NCBI GenBank assembly: GCA_001179505.1
Contig: CDMY01000164.1
Location: 62,001-126,000 of the forward strand
Length of the DNA: 64,000 bases
Source: Vitrella brassicaformis CCMP3155
Taxonomy: Eukaryota > Protista > Chromerida
Reading direction: 5' to 3'
The first letter of the stretch is position 1; each line of letters begins with the position of its first letter. The position numbers and the translations under genes were made by a program. Positions 59,295 to 64,000 of this stretch are shown piece by piece. The notes beneath the pieces were generated by a model. That model saw only the letters and a program-made list of their open reading frames with translations, was not told where the DNA came from and did no database searches.

Positions 59295-61155
59295 ATGGCG
59301 AGTAGCGGAGCAGGACCAACGGTGAGTGAGCACCCATACGTGATGACCACACAGCATCCATTGGGTACGTCACGTGGGCCGGGGTGTGTGTGTGTGTGTG
59401 TGTGTGTGTGTCAGTCGGTCCCCAGCAGGTGTTGGTTGGCGGGCTTGCCTGAGGATGTGGAGAGCTAACTGCTGGCCTCCCTCACGGCCGACGACTGCGG
59501 CCAACTCCGGGCCTCATCCAAGAGCGTTGGCTGCGAGCTGATCAGCGAGGCCTACCTGACGGACCGACTCGACGCAGCTATCCGCGAGAAGGGCCTCAGT
59601 GGAGTGCTGACGTACCAGAAGCGCTGCGAGACGGTCCTGCTGCTTCTGCTGCAGTGGATCGCGGCCATTGTCAGAGGTGTTTTCACTGTCGTTCAAGCTG
59701 CCGTGGGCCTGAGCGCTCTCAGCGTCGTTTATAACCTCATCTTCCTCCGTACCCGCGCCCTGATCCGTCCACCACCGATTGACTTTCTGCTGCAGCCGCT
59801 GGATGCATTACCGTGGATTCAGTGGAGCATCAAGCTGCTTGTCAAGGGGATCATCAAGCTGGCTGTCTCCTTTCTTACCTGGGTCGTCCCGCCCCTCGTG
59901 GTTGAAACGGTCGTTCGATTACTGGGAGAGGCGTCCTTCATCGTTCGAGCGTATAGGCAGTGTTGGGTGGCGTTTGGTGACTTAGGCAACCTTCTGCGGT
60001 CCGTCGCTCGCTCTGTCAGGAGCGGGTTGCGTGTGGCGCTGGCGATCGGCAGAATAGTCCTCGAGTGTTTTATGGCGCTGCTTCTCATCGATGGGATCCA
60101 GATCACCTGGCTCTGGGCCAGCGAGGACTTTTTGGTGCGGCTGGGAGAGGAGATACTGGTTCTTGGACAGCTGGGCGTCCCCCCGCCGCTCATCCCTGTG
60201 GTCATCCGATGGCTGCGCTGCACCTTGTCGCCGGTCTGCTTGGTCATAATATGCCGTCTAATCTGGAGTGAGCTGACGCATGTGCTGCTGCCAATCGACA
60301 GCAGAGTGGGGTATCTGTTGCGGCTGCTGTACGTGATCGAGGAGGGCGGCTGCTGGGACCGATGCGTGTCGCTCATCCACTACCTCAGGAACAGCAGCCG
60401 CCTCCCCTCTCTGCCCATCGTCATCACGGCATACGATCTGCAGCAAACGGGCGGCCGAGCGGTGTTCAGCTCGCGACCACAGGCGGTCCGTCAGTACTCG
60501 CTATTTGGCCACCGTCTCTCGATCATTGGCCGGTGTGTGGGTCTCATGTGTGTCAACGGCCGCGACTATCTGGGCGGCTCAGCAGACAGCGATGCGCTGA
60601 CGTACGTCAGCATCGATTTGACTGATCGCGACCCGCCGACCAAATGTGAGCAGAGCAGCAGGGAGAGCAAACACACACATGAGGGGGACGGCGGAGAGAG
60701 AGGTGAATGAACGTGTGAATCGTTTGTTTCGCGTCTGCTTTCTGTCTGCAGGTGGCAGGGACGTATTCTCTTCCTTCACGGACGCCATCGTCTTCCTGGG
60801 CGATGTGTACAGCGGGATGGACCCCCGGCTGCGCCCCCACTTCACCCACCCAAGTGAACTCATCACTCCACCTCCCACCCAGTACCGGCTCACGGAAGAC
60901 ATCATACTGCACTCACGGGGCAAGTGGAATGGCTGCCGCAAAGCGGGCGCGTGGTGGGTCAACAACGCAAATTTGCTGCGCCATTCGGCGACCTTCATTC
61001 TGTGTGGGGACAAGGCGGCTGATGAGTTTCTTGTCTCCGTCGACCAACGTCTTCAGATCTGCACCACCGAGCCCCCTGTGGCTTGGAAGCGCCGCCCAGA
61101 TGAGCGTTACCCTCGCACAGCCGCACTCATCCGCGAGAAGGTGGTGGCCGCATAG
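59295..61155 (+). pseudogene. F-box-like lineage-specific protein with long hydrophobic segment; in-frame TAA near the N-terminus
   Basis: MASSGAGPT| intron |SVPSRCWLAGLPEDVES*LLASLTADDCGQLRASSKS, with TAA at 59466-59468. The frame then stays open for more than 1.2 kb. Final exon ~60751-61155. Confidence 0.6.
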
Positions 61156-62723
61156 CGGGCGGCCTTCTGCCTATATAGGGGCACAGAGAGGGAGGGGGGC
61201 GGGGGTAGGTGAGTGTAGGTGAGTGGGTGAGGGTAGTGCGAGAAGGAAGTGCTGGTTTAAGTCTCTACTTGTGCATGAGATGGTGCACGAATTGGGTGCA
61301 GCGGTTGTGTGTTCCGGGCTGCCTTTGGACAGACAGGCAGACAGACAGACAGTGCAGCGGGTGGTGGCCTTAGCAATCTGGATGATCTACTTGAGTAGAG
61401 AGGGCGGGGAGGGGCGTGTGCATTTCTGTTGTGATGCTTGTTCGTTCGTGGGACTTTTTGTGCATCAATCGGTTCTTCCGGTCGCTCTAGCTGGTGAGGC
61501 ACATGCCGACTCACTGTGCATGCACCCATGGGGCACATTCGAATTAATGTCAGTCACCGCATGGCCTTCCTTCTAGCTAAGCCCATCTGTCCACCAGATG
61601 CCGTTGTCTTCGATCGTGGACGGTCGTGTGGTTCTGACTGATTTATGGCTGCGTTGCTCCCGCTGACGTGGACATTCACTGCCTCCCTCTCCATGTCAGT
61701 CAGTGTGTGTGCGTGCGTCTGGATGCTGTAAACAGTGAATGGCTGGCTCGTCGGCCGCATGGCATGGCTCCTGCCATTTGGATTGTTTCTGCCAGTACGT
61801 CGCTTGCGATCACGTCTAAGATATATTCATTCCGAAGCCGACTTACTTACCACCAACCAGCTGCTAGCACACACAGCACAAACACGAGACACGGACGATC
61901 ACATGACACAGCCTCGATCAACGCACCGATGGGCGGAGGGCACCAAAGGCGAACATGGGATAAGCCTGCAGGCCGACGCACACGCACACACACACACTGA
62001 GAAAGAGAGACGTGTGCGTGCGGCATGAGAGGCATGACATGAGTCGATGGGCATGGTCACTGACTGGCCTGATGGTAGATGTATGTTGGTGTGTAGACAG
62101 GCACTGTCATGGCGGTCGGTGTGGGCGGCCATATCACTGTCCTGTCGACACTATTCAGCGCGGGTACCTGCACAAAGACATCCCATACAAACAAAGGTGA
62201 CAGCGATGTGATGATCAGTGGGTGGTCCCCATTGGCTGCTCGTGTGTTACACTCCACACCTGTCCACTGGCCCAGGTTGGGGGGGAAGCCATCTGACTTG
62301 GCCAGGGGGTGGTGGGCCTGGCGGTGGCAGACCACGCATAACATCAGCAGCGTACGGCACCTGCACCCACACAGAGACACAAGTGGGTCGGTCAGCCATA
62401 TGTGCAAGTGTGGCCGCCGTGTCTCTCACTGCTGCCTGTGGATGAACAGCCTTGGGACTGACATGGTGAATGGTTGTCACAAAGGGTCGGCTGTGTGGGC
62501 CTGGGGTCTTCTCCATCTCTGCACTCGGCGCCGCCACTCGCAGATCCACACCACGCTGAACCTGAGCTCGCGTGGCATGTCGGGCCCTGAGCAATGACGC
62601 CTCAAGGAGATGGGTTCAGACATACAGGCCGCTGATTTGCTCTTTGCGAGGCGCCGAAACAGACCGAATTGATGACCGCAAAGGGGCCGAGTACACCTCC
62701 TGGCGCACTTGGCAGAGAACTTG

Positions 62724-63425
62724 AGCCGGTGGGCCACTGTACCAGCTGGGCCGACGGCTGGCTCCTGGAGAAAGGCCCCCTTTGCAGCAGCGGGGCTCTC
62801 CATGTGAGGCGACACGTCAAGTCAACGGAACAGAAAGGGATGAATCGAATGGCCTTTTCTCGCTTTTTTACTCCTCCCTGTCTGCTGGTCGTCTTAGATC
62901 TTCGCAGAAACGTCCGCCTTTCTTTGCCTTTCTCGGCGGCAAAACAGATCGGAAGCTCGCAGTGGCGGCGAGGGAAGGAGGGAGAACAAGGAGGCCACCA
63001 GCTTCGTTGATAGGACCACTGCCCGCGGCTGATCGCATCTGCTCTCGAATGTGGTCATCGGACGGAGTGTTGAATTTGAAATGAAAAGGGATGAAGGAGA
63101 ATCCCAAATGGCGGCTTCGAAGGGCCCTTCTGATGTTCTTCTCGGCAAACCACAGCGATGCTGGCGGCCATGACTTGTCAGTTACTGTTCGGCAGCACGA
63201 CGGCGGACGTGGCTACCCCTTCTCAGCAGTCAGACGTTGCCTGCGAGTCGGCAGGATGGTCTTCTTGGCGGTGCTTCTCTTCGTCGCCTCTTTACTTGGC
63301 TATCGGCGGTGGCTTGTCCGGCACAATGGGACGACAATGCGCAGCCACACGTCGTCATCAGCACCTCTCAGCAGCAGCCCCGGCGCCACACTCATTGCAT
63401 CCGGGAGATCAGCTCAACACGAAAG
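62724..63425. repeat. Segmental repeat copy 3 (blocks P-C)
   Basis: Matches copies 1 and 2 in mosaic fashion. Confidence 0.9.
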
Positions 63426-64000
63426 AGGCCCAGATCGTCACGGTGCTGCAACGGTCGGGTTGTCGCTGCAAGGAGAGGAGCTGTCATTCGTCGAGGGCTT
63501 TGTCACGACCGACAGGGCATCGGAAGGCGACTGGCAGGCCCTCCCCATCCCCTCTGAAGCGGCGAATCGCAAGGGCTATCTGTACGTCTATCGGGCCTAC
63601 TGGGACACCCGCATGGCCGAGCCGTCGGTGCGCATCATTGGGATGGCTCCCCTCAATCGCACGGGGCCGCTGGCGGCTCTTGATGACCTCAAGTGTCGGC
63701 TGAAGACGGCTACTGGTGATGGGGAGGAGGGGCAGACGATCGTCGACACGCCGGCGGTGACAGAGCGGCTGCCTGAGCACCACAACAAGACCTATGCGGC
63801 GCATTTCTTATTCTGTGGTGGCTCGCCCGCTGTGAGGGCTCCTACTGAAGTGGAGCTCTTCTTTGACCTTCCGTCCTCGAGCCGTATTGAGATGCCGGTC
63901 AGGTGAGAATGACGTCATGTGACCACGTAGGTCGGCCCTTATTTGTCTTGTTTTCTGCTTGCTGCAGGATTTTGTATCCCTTGTCAGGGAGTGAAGCCAC
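63091..64000 (+). CDS. Type II membrane glycosyltransferase, GT92/DUF23-like, 3'-partial
   Basis: TM anchor MVFLAVLLFVASLLGY (alternative start 63256), a Ser-rich stem, then LYVYRAYWDTR..VRIIG..KCRL..LPEHHNKTYAAHFLFC, which resembles the N-terminal region of GT92 proteins. Intron ~63903-63967. The catalytic region lies outside the window. Confidence 0.5.

Noticed and set aside
61500-62815. Minus-strand Pro-rich gene (PPPGPPPPG exon)
   Set aside because: The exon phases could not be reconciled by eye, so evidence is insufficient.
57500-63425. Transposable element explaining the repeated blocks
   Set aside because: I found no terminal inverted repeats, LTRs, target-site duplications, transposase or RT motifs. 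The blocks contain gene fragments, which fits segmental duplication.

Overview
This is GC-rich, intron-dense eukaryotic DNA with short GT-AG introns full of (GT)n, (GTCT)n and (GGAT)n microsatellites. The style and gene families suggest a chromerid alveolate such as Vitrella; this is inference, not verified. I see no rRNA, tRNA, CRISPR array or transposase. Conserved genes are an FMO, a SENP8/DEN1-type Ulp1 protease head-to-head with a NIMA/NEK kinase, a sigma-type GST, an SLC35F/DMT transporter, a choline-transporter-like (CTL/SLC44) protein and a GT92-like glycosyltransferase cut by the window end. The most unusual protein is a ZIP-family metal transporter with two cyclic-nucleotide-binding domains in its TM3-TM4 loop. 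Interleaved with these are expanded lineage-specific families that look like cullin-ligase adaptors. These comprise three ankyrin genes with a near-constant C-terminus bearing an F-box/PRANC-like motif, several F-box-like/LRR-like genes, and a BTB-like+2xTLDc gene. These families show abundant signs of inter-paralogue exchange: identical tracts inside diverged duplicates, a microhomology-bounded 46-codon insertion matching a paralogue, an FG-nucleoporin-like insertion, mosaic upstream cassettes, and single-lesion frameshifts or stops. Three 300-N assembly gaps lie in the most repetitive parts, so some duplicates may be assembly or haplotype redundancy. All gene models were read by eye; exon boundaries and family calls need RNA-seq and HMM confirmation.
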